A program made the translations under genes and the position numbers. A DNA stretch of 57,510 nucleotides from a virus, in IMG/VR virus record IMGVR_UViG_3300035698_011381. One strand, given 5' to 3'. Below, one piece after another: positions 1-7,709 of this stretch. Below the pieces are notes generated by a model. That model saw nothing but the letters and a program-made list of their open reading frames with translations, ran no database searches and had not been told where the DNA came from. Numbering within the stretch: the first letter of the stretch is position 1; each line of letters starts with the position of its first letter.

Positions 1-127
1 GCAGGGGCTTGTTCGTGTCGATAAGAAATGGAGCAGACCAAGGAAATACGAGAACGGGCATAAACTCAAGCGAGATTCCCATAAGCTAGAACGAACCATT
101 GAGTTTGAGAACTACCCCAGAAATCTA
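1..127. repeat. 127-bp terminal overlap, identical to 57384..57510 (circular contig closure)
   Basis: Direct reading: gcaggggcttgttcgtgtcg...ccccagaaatcta occurs at both window ends. The repeat lies inside one continuous ORF. Confidence 0.95.
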
Positions 128-418
128 ATCAAGTTCACCAATTCAGATAATAGGGAGCGAGGTTTGCACCCAACCCAAAAGCCCGTTGCCCTAATGGAGT
201 ATCTAATCAAGACATACACCAACGATGGCGAGACAGTGCTGGACTTCACAATGGGAAGCGGTACAACGGGGGTTGCTTGTGCGAACCTGAACAGAGGCTT
301 CATCGGGATTGAAAAGGACTTGGACTATTTCGATATTGCACAAGAGCGAATCGAGAAGGCTCATAAGCAACTGGCGCAAGCTCAATGGGAGTTTGAAGCA
401 GTTAAATCGAACAGTTAG
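2..418 (+). CDS. DNA methyltransferase, 3' part of the gene starting at 56995
   Basis: Same frame through the overlap. HPTQKPVALMEYLI and the SAM motif FTMGSGTTG lie after DPPY, which is the beta-class motif order. Confidence 0.85.
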   Translation, partial: QGLVRVDKKWSRPRKYENGHKLKRDSHKLERTIEFENYPRNLIKFTNSDNRERGLHPTQKPVALMEYLIKTYTNDGETVLDFTMGSGTTGVACANLNRGFIGIEKDLDYFDIAQERIEKAHKQLAQAQWEFEAVKSNS

Positions 419-442
419 TTGTATGGATTCGTTCCGTCCAAC
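410..442. repeat. 33-bp stem-loop repeat, copy 1 (aacagttagttgtatggattcgttccgtccaac)
   Basis: 31/33 identical to 719..751. It contains the stop codon of the methyltransferase and can fold (gttg..caac outer stem, tgga/tccg inner stem). Confidence 0.8.
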
Positions 443-528
443 GATATAGCGTGAGTTTCGGTGCTCACAAACTAAACTAAAATACAGGGCGTTGTCACCG
501 TAAATTCTACGCTCTGGTTAGGTGTTTT

Positions 529-720
529 ATGAATAAACGAGAACTTGAAATGAGGACTAAGAACCTTCACTCAGACTACGAGATGAAGGAGGCTCTTCAC
601 TACGGCCTTGGCCTTTGGCCTGTGCATCGGGAAACGGGGGAGGTTTGCGACTGCAAAATGGAATGGAACGAAGATGGAACAACGCTGTCTTGCCCTGTGT
701 GTGGACTGGATGGCACCTAA
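529..720 (+). CDS. Small Cys-rich (zinc-ribbon-like) protein
   Basis: 63-aa ORF with CDC...CPVCG cysteine pairs. Confidence 0.5.
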   Translation: MNKRELEMRTKNLHSDYEMKEALHYGLGLWPVHRETGEVCDCKMEWNEDGTTLSCPVCGLDGT

Positions 721-751
721 CAGTTAGTTGTATGGATTCGCTCCGTCTAAC
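719..751. repeat. 33-bp stem-loop repeat, copy 2
   Basis: aacagttagttgtatggattcgctccgtctaac starts inside the stop codon of ORF 529..720. Confidence 0.8.
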
Positions 752-801
752 AGAAAAATCAAAATGAAATCCAACAGAGAAACCAATGAACGAAACTAAG
801 A

Positions 802-1110
802 ATGTCTTGGATTATTCCTGTCAACCGAAAACAAACCCTTGACGAGGTGCCCCAAAAAGGGCATTTTCCTTCCTCACCTAAAGGAGACCACCTTTCCATG
901 AGCGACCGTGCATCTGATTTACTACAGTACCTTCGAGACCACAAGGAGGAACTTAACCTAGCCGACATTTCCCGCAAATCGGGACTGGAGTCTTCCTACC
1001 TCAAACACGCGGTCGCTGGGCGGCGAACGATCTCCACCGTCGCCGAAGACCGAGTCCGCGCCGTGTTAAAAAGGATCGTGTCTAACTTCCCGGAAGCGGG
1101 TGCGAAATGA
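802..1110 (+). CDS. Hypothetical protein, possible helix-turn-helix DNA-binding protein
   Basis: LNLADISRKSGLESSYLKHAVAGRR resembles an HTH. The stop overlaps the next ATG (ATGA). An alternative start is at 898. Confidence 0.45.
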   Translation: MSWIIPVNRKQTLDEVPQKGHFPSSPKGDHLSMSDRASDLLQYLRDHKEELNLADISRKSGLESSYLKHAVAGRRTISTVAEDRVRAVLKRIVSNFPEAGAK

Positions 1111-3698
1111 GCAATTTAGATACCACCCGTATAGGAGTTCTTCCGAATAAATATTTCCTCGGTATCAAATCTCTGCACGGCCCGCATTTCGATAAGAAGG
1201 GAATGCCGTTCAGCCCTGTCGCGCAGGACGTGGTAAGTATCAGGGAGATGCTCGCCACCGAGCACCACGACGACGCGCACCTCACCTGTTACAACGTCGC
1301 CGGACAAGAGGCGTGGCCAACCATCCGCAAAGAGGCGAGGGTCTCCGTTGAGAAAGAAGCGGAACTCACCTTATCGTGTTTCGTTCTGGATTTAGACAAC
1401 GCCGACCATGAGAAATGGAACGACGAACTTTTCGATACAAATATCTCAGCGTTCTATTCCCTTGACGATAACCCCATCCTCGGGCAGTGGTCTGCCTTCT
1501 ATACGACGGGGAGCGGCGCAAGGGTCATCTACATCCCCGAGGAACCCGTGCCTGTTATGGACGCGGAACAGTACCTCGTCGGGCTGATTAAAGAATTTGA
1601 AAAAGCGGGAGTTGAAGCCGACCCATCTTGCAAGGATTGGACACGACGCTTCCGGTGCCCGCGAGTCATCCGCGACGGGAAGAGGACATCGGCAAGTCCC
1701 TACTTTATGGAGGACACCCGAGAGGGAGCGGTCTTGGATATGTCCCTCGTGGAGAAGAAGCCGACGCGCATCCTCCCCACCCTTAGAACCTACGACGCGT
1801 CCGGCTCAAGTCGTCTGGAAGTCGAGGAAATAGAAGCGTTCCTTCAGACATCCAAAAACGGGCGACAAGTCCAGAGTCAGTTTTACAAAGACGCCAAGAC
1901 AGCACTGAAAAACACGCAGGCCTATCACTGCCTGTTCAGCGAGGATATTCTCCTAGCAGAGGGCGGCAATCGTAACGACACGATTATGAATTACCTCGGG
2001 CAGTGCATCCCCATCCTTTTGCGCAAAGTCCCGTACACGTCACCCGAGCACGTTTACGCTCTTTTCTTCGGCCCCATTACAGCCTTGGAACAGGATCAGG
2101 ATTGGTTCTCCCACACATGGAACGCCATCATGGCCATCTGGCCTGTAGAGGTCGAAAAGATTAACGCCGAGCGGGTCGAGAAAGCCGAAAAAGAAACCGA
2201 GGCTTTGACGGACATCGAGGAGATGGCTCGGGGCATGAAGGACTGGTGCACCCATTCCGATCTGGACGCAGACGATCTGCGGGTGCCCTTTGTCCTCCGT
2301 CACCTTTTAGCCAGTTGTTCTAATTCCAATTTCTTTTTTGCCATGGGGCGCGACGGGTGCTATTCACCGTTCCCCCTCGGTCGTTCGGATCTCATCCCCC
2401 GCATCCGTACCACGTTCCTCAAGAACATAATCGAGACAACAGAGTATGGACAGAACGGCAAGCCACAGGACGTAGCGGCTGTGTGCATACAAAACGCGTA
2501 TTCAACTCCTATCAGAGCGATAGAGATGGTACCACAACTGGAGTGTGACGGTATGATAGACGACATGGACAAAGCAAACCCGGTACTTAAACTACCGATG
2601 TATAGACGTAGCTCAGCGATCCTACCTGAGTACAGCGAGGACGTGGATATTTGGCTCACGTTGTTCTTTGGCAACCACTACGACGAGGGGTGTAACTGGA
2701 TCGCTAACGCTCTCGCCTTTGAAGAGGGGCCGATTTGTGCCCTGTCCATTGCCGCGCCGCCGGGCATCGGTAAAAAGCTCCTCACTGAAGGCCTGTCAGA
2801 ATGTCTGGAAATGCCCTTGACAGCGACCGGTTCCGACATCATAGGAGATTTTAACGGCTCCCTCGGAAAGACACCCTTCCTTTGCGTGAACGAGTCATGG
2901 CCGAAAGCGAAAGTCTCCTCGGCACCGTTCGAGTTGTTCAAGATGCTGACGGCGGGCGACAAAACCACGATTAAAGAAAAGTTCAAACCCAACGTACAGG
3001 TCATCAACCCCATGCGAGTCATAATGACCGCCAACAACCACGACATGGTACGCACTCTCCTTTCCGGTAAAGAGATGAGCCCGGACGACAAGCGTGCGGT
3101 CGGTGAGCGTCTCTTACATTTTGACCTCGGGCCGGAAGCGGCGGCACACCTCGAAGAGTTAGGAGGCAACGCATTCACCGGAAAGAAAGGTGCTCGCTGG
3201 ATAGCGGGGATCGTAGAGCCTTCCAATTACATCGTAGCGAAACACTTCCTGTGGCTGTACGCACAGCGAGAGGTTGAAGAGGGCGGCTTCCGAGGAAGAT
3301 ACCTAGTCGCCGGTAACTGCGCAGGGGACAGTCAGTTCATGCAACAGCAGATCGTTACCCGAAATACCACGTCCATCGTCATCCTCGCCGCGCTGGGAAT
3401 CATCGAGTCGAAGAGTGCCCGACACCACTACATGATCGACGAGGGAACAGGAGCCCTATACGTCACCGTTCAGGCTATACGCGAAGAGCTTGAGATACTG
3501 GACAATCCCATGGAGTTCGGAACCATCGTGCAGGTCATGCGTAACATCGTTCTCGGTCAAGAACCTATCGTCGTCAATCATCTGGAATGGCACGAGCTGG
3601 ACTGTCAAACCCTGCTGACGTTCGCTCAGACACTCGGGAAAGACACCCCGAATTTGAGAGCGATAAGGTTGGTACAATTAAAAGCTGAAAATAATTGA
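1107..3698 (+). CDS. Bifunctional primase-polymerase / SF3 (D5/P4-like) replicative helicase
   Basis: The N-terminus has an AEP-like VLDLDNAD motif (DxD) and TTGSGARVIY. The C-terminal half has Walker A APPGIGKK, Walker B FLCVNES and motif C IMTANN. Confidence 0.8.
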   Translation: MSNLDTTRIGVLPNKYFLGIKSLHGPHFDKKGMPFSPVAQDVVSIREMLATEHHDDAHLTCYNVAGQEAWPTIRKEARVSVEKEAELTLSCFVLDLDNADHEKWNDELFDTNISAFYSLDDNPILGQWSAFYTTGSGARVIYIPEEPVPVMDAEQYLVGLIKEFEKAGVEADPSCKDWTRRFRCPRVIRDGKRTSASPYFMEDTREGAVLDMSLVEKKPTRILPTLRTYDASGSSRLEVEEIEAFLQTSKNGRQVQSQFYKDAKTALKNTQAYHCLFSEDILLAEGGNRNDTIMNYLGQCIPILLRKVPYTSPEHVYALFFGPITALEQDQDWFSHTWNAIMAIWPVEVEKINAERVEKAEKETEALTDIEEMARGMKDWCTHSDLDADDLRVPFVLRHLLASCSNSNFFFAMGRDGCYSPFPLGRSDLIPRIRTTFLKNIIETTEYGQNGKPQDVAAVCIQNAYSTPIRAIEMVPQLECDGMIDDMDKANPVLKLPMYRRSSAILPEYSEDVDIWLTLFFGNHYDEGCNWIANALAFEEGPICALSIAAPPGIGKKLLTEGLSECLEMPLTATGSDIIGDFNGSLGKTPFLCVNESWPKAKVSSAPFELFKMLTAGDKTTIKEKFKPNVQVINPMRVIMTANNHDMVRTLLSGKEMSPDDKRAVGERLLHFDLGPEAAAHLEELGGNAFTGKKGARWIAGIVEPSNYIVAKHFLWLYAQREVEEGGFRGRYLVAGNCAGDSQFMQQQIVTRNTTSIVILAALGIIESKSARHHYMIDEGTGALYVTVQAIREELEILDNPMEFGTIVQVMRNIVLGQEPIVVNHLEWHELDCQTLLTFAQTLGKDTPNLRAIRLVQLKAENN

Positions 3699-3744
3699 CA
3701 CAGCAAAAGATAAAGTAAATAGTACTCGAAAACAAAGGAGACGT

Positions 3745-3918
3745 ATGATTCTTTTAGATTATTTAGCGGTGTTCGTTTTACTGGCAATCGTGTCGAATTT
3801 CATCGGAGGGTTCGTACAGTGGTTAGGTCTTTGGGACGAGGTAAACAGCGGTGCGTGTACTTCCCTCGCACTGCTCAGCACGGTAATTCTATGGGCTGTT
3901 CGCCAGTTGTGGTTCTAA
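3745..3918 (+). CDS. Small membrane protein (57 aa, below the ORF-track cutoff)
   Basis: AAGGAG RBS 7 nt upstream. MILLDYLAVFVLLAIVSNFIGGFV... has two hydrophobic segments. Confidence 0.55.
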   Translation: MILLDYLAVFVLLAIVSNFIGGFVQWLGLWDEVNSGACTSLALLSTVILWAVRQLWF

Positions 3919-3919
3919 C

Positions 3920-5731
3920 ATGAGTAAACTACTAAACAGTTCAGCCAGTCAGATCGACACCGCAGATCCCGTGGAAAACGGTTGCTCTCGCAAGTGGTAC
4001 TTTCAGAAGGTTATGAAGCTACCGGAACTGCCCCGAGGGTCTTCTACCTTTGGTGACTGCATACACAGTGTTTGTGAAAGGTACCAAGAAGCAGATCGGC
4101 AGGGTCTCGACGCGGACGGGAACCTCGTAGATTTGTACCCCGAGAACTGGGAACATCCTTTCAATAGATTCTCGGGGAAACACTCTAAAGAGAGTGTATC
4201 AAAGGAGGAACAGGCTGTTATTAAGCTGTTGATAAGTAAAGCCATCTCCGAAGGCATCCTCCTCCGCGTAGAAGGAAGGGAGATCGAGAAGAAGCTCCGA
4301 TTTAAGGCCATGGACGGCGTGATGATTAACGGATTTATTGACCTCCTTGAGCCCGGCGCGATCCGTGACCACAAATCCACTAAGTCCATGAAGTGGGCGA
4401 AGTCCCTAAAGAAGCTGAAGAAAAACGTACAGCTCAATCTCTACGCCTATTGGTACTTCACAGAAGGGGGTTACGATAAGTCCCTCCCGCTCGCGCTGAG
4501 TCACCAGTATTTCTGCAAAGATCCGAATAAGCCGCACGTCGAGAAGCGCGAAGTGTCTGTTACATGGGAAGAGGTGAATCGGTTCTGGGAGGAGCGCATA
4601 GTCCCCGTATTGGAAACCATGCTCATCTACAAAGACGTGAAGAATTTCAAGGAGATCCCGCTACCTTGCAACGTGTCGGGAGCCTGTCGCCGGTTCGGCG
4701 GATGCGAGTTCACAAGGATCTGTACAGATTTGGAAACCCCCGCCGATTTCGCAAAGAGAATCAATCGAGAATTAACAGGAGTGAGTTCCACGGACTATAA
4801 AACCGTGGCCTCGGAATTGGGAACCCCCAAAAAAGGAGAGAAGAAAATGGCTAGTAAAATGATGGATAAAATTCGAGCAGAACAAGCCCTTAAACGGGGT
4901 GAGAACCCGCCGGAACCCGCCGCAGTTGAAGTTGTAGCGAAGCCCGTCGCCGCTAAGGCGGTAGCGAAGCCCAAGCCCGCCGTGAAACCCGAAGCGGCTG
5001 ATAAAATCCGCGCACCGTGGCACAAAGAAGGATGTAACGCCTGTAAGAGCAGTGACGTGCTCGGCTTCCGCGCTGACCGTTCCGGCCCGTGCAAGCTCTG
5101 TGCTGTGTTCTACAAGAAGAACACAGGGAAAACCCTTGAAGATGCCTTTACATGGGACATCGGCGAAGGGGACATCACGGTCATCGACAACGAAACCGGC
5201 GAAGAAGCCGTTACGGAAGTCGTTGCAGAAGACGCCACGGCTAAGGAAAAGATCGAGGACGCGCCTCCCGTCGAGGAGAAAGAAGCACCTCCGGTAGTGG
5301 ACAAGCCCGCAGTTGAAACACCCTCCGACGCCCCTGCTGTTTTGGCACCGACCGGCGAAGCAGTATTCGGCGACATCGAAAACCTCAACATCCGCGATAA
5401 GTTCACGCTTCTGATCGGGTGCGCTGTTGTCGAGTCGAAGGTCAAAGGCGGCGGCAAGTTCGGAACACCGTCCTGTCGCGTAACCGCTGAAGAGTTCATA
5501 ATTATCGTCAATACGGAGATGGCGAAAATCGTAGGGAGCACGGTCGAGTGGTTGGGAATGAATAAGTTCCAACAGCGCGACGCGGTGAGCATGTACGGTG
5601 AACCTATCTCGGAAGCCCTCGGCAGTGCTACCCTCGTGGTTGCCCGTCTGCCTAAAGCCTCCCTGCTGGAATCCGTCATCTTGGCGATCCGCCCATATGC
5701 TAAGGAAGTCATCCAAGCACTGGCTGACTAA
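3920..5731 (+). CDS. PD-(D/E)XK Cas4/RecB-like exonuclease fused to a low-complexity linker, a zinc ribbon and a C-terminal domain of unknown function
   Basis: N-terminal Cys (CSRKWYF), IDLLE...DHKSTKS (D..ExK-like), QLNLYAY, and a C-terminal CRRFGGCEFTRIC cluster typical of a Cas4 4Fe-4S site. These are followed by an AP/KP/E-rich linker and CNACK..CKLC. Confidence 0.75.
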   Translation: MSKLLNSSASQIDTADPVENGCSRKWYFQKVMKLPELPRGSSTFGDCIHSVCERYQEADRQGLDADGNLVDLYPENWEHPFNRFSGKHSKESVSKEEQAVIKLLISKAISEGILLRVEGREIEKKLRFKAMDGVMINGFIDLLEPGAIRDHKSTKSMKWAKSLKKLKKNVQLNLYAYWYFTEGGYDKSLPLALSHQYFCKDPNKPHVEKREVSVTWEEVNRFWEERIVPVLETMLIYKDVKNFKEIPLPCNVSGACRRFGGCEFTRICTDLETPADFAKRINRELTGVSSTDYKTVASELGTPKKGEKKMASKMMDKIRAEQALKRGENPPEPAAVEVVAKPVAAKAVAKPKPAVKPEAADKIRAPWHKEGCNACKSSDVLGFRADRSGPCKLCAVFYKKNTGKTLEDAFTWDIGEGDITVIDNETGEEAVTEVVAEDATAKEKIEDAPPVEEKEAPPVVDKPAVETPSDAPAVLAPTGEAVFGDIENLNIRDKFTLLIGCAVVESKVKGGGKFGTPSCRVTAEEFIIIVNTEMAKIVGSTVEWLGMNKFQQRDAVSMYGEPISEALGSATLVVARLPKASLLESVILAIRPYAKEVIQALAD

Positions 5732-5745
5732 GGACTGAGGAAAAA

Positions 5746-5776
5746 CCCCCGTTGCCCACGGGCGGGGGACTTTTTA
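5746..5776 (+). terminator. Rho-independent terminator
   Basis: The cccccg..cggggg hairpin is followed by ttttt, directly after the stop of 3920..5731. Confidence 0.7.
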
Positions 5777-5834
5777 AAACTTAGAAAGAAACGAAAATCG
5801 CCAGTTTTTTCAAAATTTGGAATAAGGAGATAGT

Positions 5835-6071
5835 ATGGAAGCCAATAAATATTTCGACGACGCAGAAACGTACGACTGGGAAAAGGGGGAGCTTCTCGAC
5901 GCAGTGAGCTTCTACGATAAAGAGCACAAAATAACGTGCACCGTCACCAAGGGAGGAACCGTTTACGACCTCGAAGCCGTGGGGCAATACAGTCTCGGGG
6001 AGCTCGTCGTAGTGACGGACATTACAATAACAGACGCTTGCCCTGCCGATCGCGAACCGGAGGACGCTTAA
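5835..6071 (+). CDS. Hypothetical protein
   Basis: AAGGAG RBS; 78-aa ORF in the operon orientation. Confidence 0.55.
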   Translation: MEANKYFDDAETYDWEKGELLDAVSFYDKEHKITCTVTKGGTVYDLEAVGQYSLGELVVVTDITITDACPADREPEDA

Positions 6072-6072
6072 A

Positions 6073-6447
6073 ATGCAAATCACAGCACTGTTTATAGCCG
6101 CGCTTATCGCGGTCGAGTCCAGCGGACGCGACCATGTGTCCGGCGACAACGGGCAGTCCCTTGGTTGTCTTCAGATTTCGCAGGGAGTTATCTGTGATGT
6201 GAATTCTTTCCGAGGCACGGCGTTCTTTCTCGAAGACCGTCTCGACCGCGAGAAAAGCATAGAAATCTGCCGTTACTATCTTGATATATGGGGCAGGCAA
6301 CTGGAACGGCGCGAAGGTCGAGAGTGCACGGACAAAGACCTCGCTTTAATCTGGAACATGGGGCCGTTCGGGTACCGCAAGGCGCACAGTAAAGCGGGGC
6401 GTGATTACTGGGATAAGGTCGTCGAGGCACTTGGGAGCGGAGAGTAA
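6073..6447 (+). CDS. Lytic transglycosylase (SLT domain)
   Basis: AVESSGRD (catalytic Glu-Ser) followed by SLGCLQIS, corresponding to the SLT E-S...GLMQI signature. Confidence 0.7.
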   Translation: MQITALFIAALIAVESSGRDHVSGDNGQSLGCLQISQGVICDVNSFRGTAFFLEDRLDREKSIEICRYYLDIWGRQLERREGRECTDKDLALIWNMGPFGYRKAHSKAGRDYWDKVVEALGSGE

Positions 6448-6448
6448 A

Positions 6449-6829
6449 ATGGAACCAGTTAGAAACCTGAATATAAGGTTCTCGTGCCCTGAAGACGTGG
6501 AAAACTTCTACACTTCGACGGGCATCTGTATCCCTAAATGCGTTAAGGGCACCGTGGCGGTGTTTGATCTTGGCGAGTTCACCGAGACCTCCAGAAAAGT
6601 AACAAAGCAAACAGGGCCTAGCCTCGTGGCGGAGTGGGAAGGGATGCCAGAATTCCACCAACCTAAGAGCATACCTTTCCTATGGATCATCCTGTCTGTA
6701 CCCCCTGAGTTTGATTCGGGTATTATGACGGAGTTGCTGGGCCAGAAGATCACAGACAGGACAAAAAGCGTGTGGCACCCGTACAAAGCACACCACAGAG
6801 TTGAGCGGAAGGTATGGATACATGAATAA
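6449..6829 (+). CDS. Hypothetical protein (W-x-GMPEF motif domain)
   Basis: ATG at 6449 just after the SLT stop. It contains EWEGMPEFHQP...SVWHPYK. From memory, a similar module precedes some phage DNA methylases; this is unverified. Confidence 0.4.
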   Translation: MEPVRNLNIRFSCPEDVENFYTSTGICIPKCVKGTVAVFDLGEFTETSRKVTKQTGPSLVAEWEGMPEFHQPKSIPFLWIILSVPPEFDSGIMTELLGQKITDRTKSVWHPYKAHHRVERKVWIHE

Positions 6830-7709
6830 CCCAAAACACCCTATTTATATTGTTTCCAAAGGCCGCTGGGATAGCAGGGTCACAAGCAGGGCTCTCGATA
6901 TAATGAACGTCCCTCATAAGCTGGTAGTAGAATCCGACGAGTACGCAGATTACGCAGAAGCCGTAGGGCCTGAGCGGGTGCTTGTCCTCCCAGAAAAATA
7001 CAAAGACGATTACGACACGTTCTGGGAAAGGGAGCCCGACAACAAGGTTGGTCCGGGGGCGGCGAGGAATTTCGTTTGGGATCACTCCACCGAACAGGGA
7101 CACTCACACCACTGGGTAATGGATGATAACCTAGAAGCCTTTTACAGGTTAAACCGTAACGTGAAGTACGAGAGCCGAACAGGGGCTATCTTCCGTGCGA
7201 TGGAAGATTTTGTAGAACGGTATTCTAACGTGGCAATCTCTGGGCCTAACTATGAAGCGTTTTGCAAGGCTGTAGACCCCGTACCTCCTCTGATTACTAA
7301 CACTAGAATTTACAGTTGTTTGCTGATCCGTAACGACATCCCTTACAGGTGGCGCGGGAGGTATAATGAGGACACGGACATTTGCTTACGAGCCCTCAAA
7401 GATGGGTGGTGTACTGTCCAATTCAATGCTTTCTTGCAGGGCAAAGTCACCACTCAACGAATGAAGGGAGGGAACACGGAGGAGTTCTACAGCGGAGAGG
7501 GGACAGTCCCTAAAAGTAAGATGCTGGAGGAGATGCACCCCGACGTGGCGAAGATGGTTCACAAGTTTAACCGCTGGCACCATCACGTAGATTACACGCC
7601 TTTCAAGGCGACTAAACTAACTAGAAAAGAGGGCGTTGTAGTCCCTTCAGGGGTAAATGAATACGGTATGAAATTAGTAATTGAAAAGGGTAGTAAGAAA
7701 TGTCGATAA
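6822..7709 (+). CDS. Putative GT-A-like glycosyltransferase
   Basis: ATG at 6822 overlaps the upstream stop. IYIVSKGRW is an N-terminal strand-loop, and the acidic motifs VMDDN and NEDTD resemble DxD-type nucleotide-sugar transferases. The assignment is tentative. Confidence 0.35.
   Translation: MNNPKHPIYIVSKGRWDSRVTSRALDIMNVPHKLVVESDEYADYAEAVGPERVLVLPEKYKDDYDTFWEREPDNKVGPGAARNFVWDHSTEQGHSHHWVMDDNLEAFYRLNRNVKYESRTGAIFRAMEDFVERYSNVAISGPNYEAFCKAVDPVPPLITNTRIYSCLLIRNDIPYRWRGRYNEDTDICLRALKDGWCTVQFNAFLQGKVTTQRMKGGNTEEFYSGEGTVPKSKMLEEMHPDVAKMVHKFNRWHHHVDYTPFKATKLTRKEGVVVPSGVNEYGMKLVIEKGSKKCR

Noticed and set aside
1-127. Biological direct terminal repeat (T7-like DTR)
   Set aside because: The repeat interrupts a continuous methyltransferase ORF. 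Its length equals a common assembler k-mer, which points to circular-contig closure.
410-751. 33-bp repeats as tRNA fragments or att sites of an integrative element
   Set aside because: The TTCGT loop is too short for a T-arm and there is no acceptor-stem or CCA context. No integrase or excisionase occurs anywhere in the genome.
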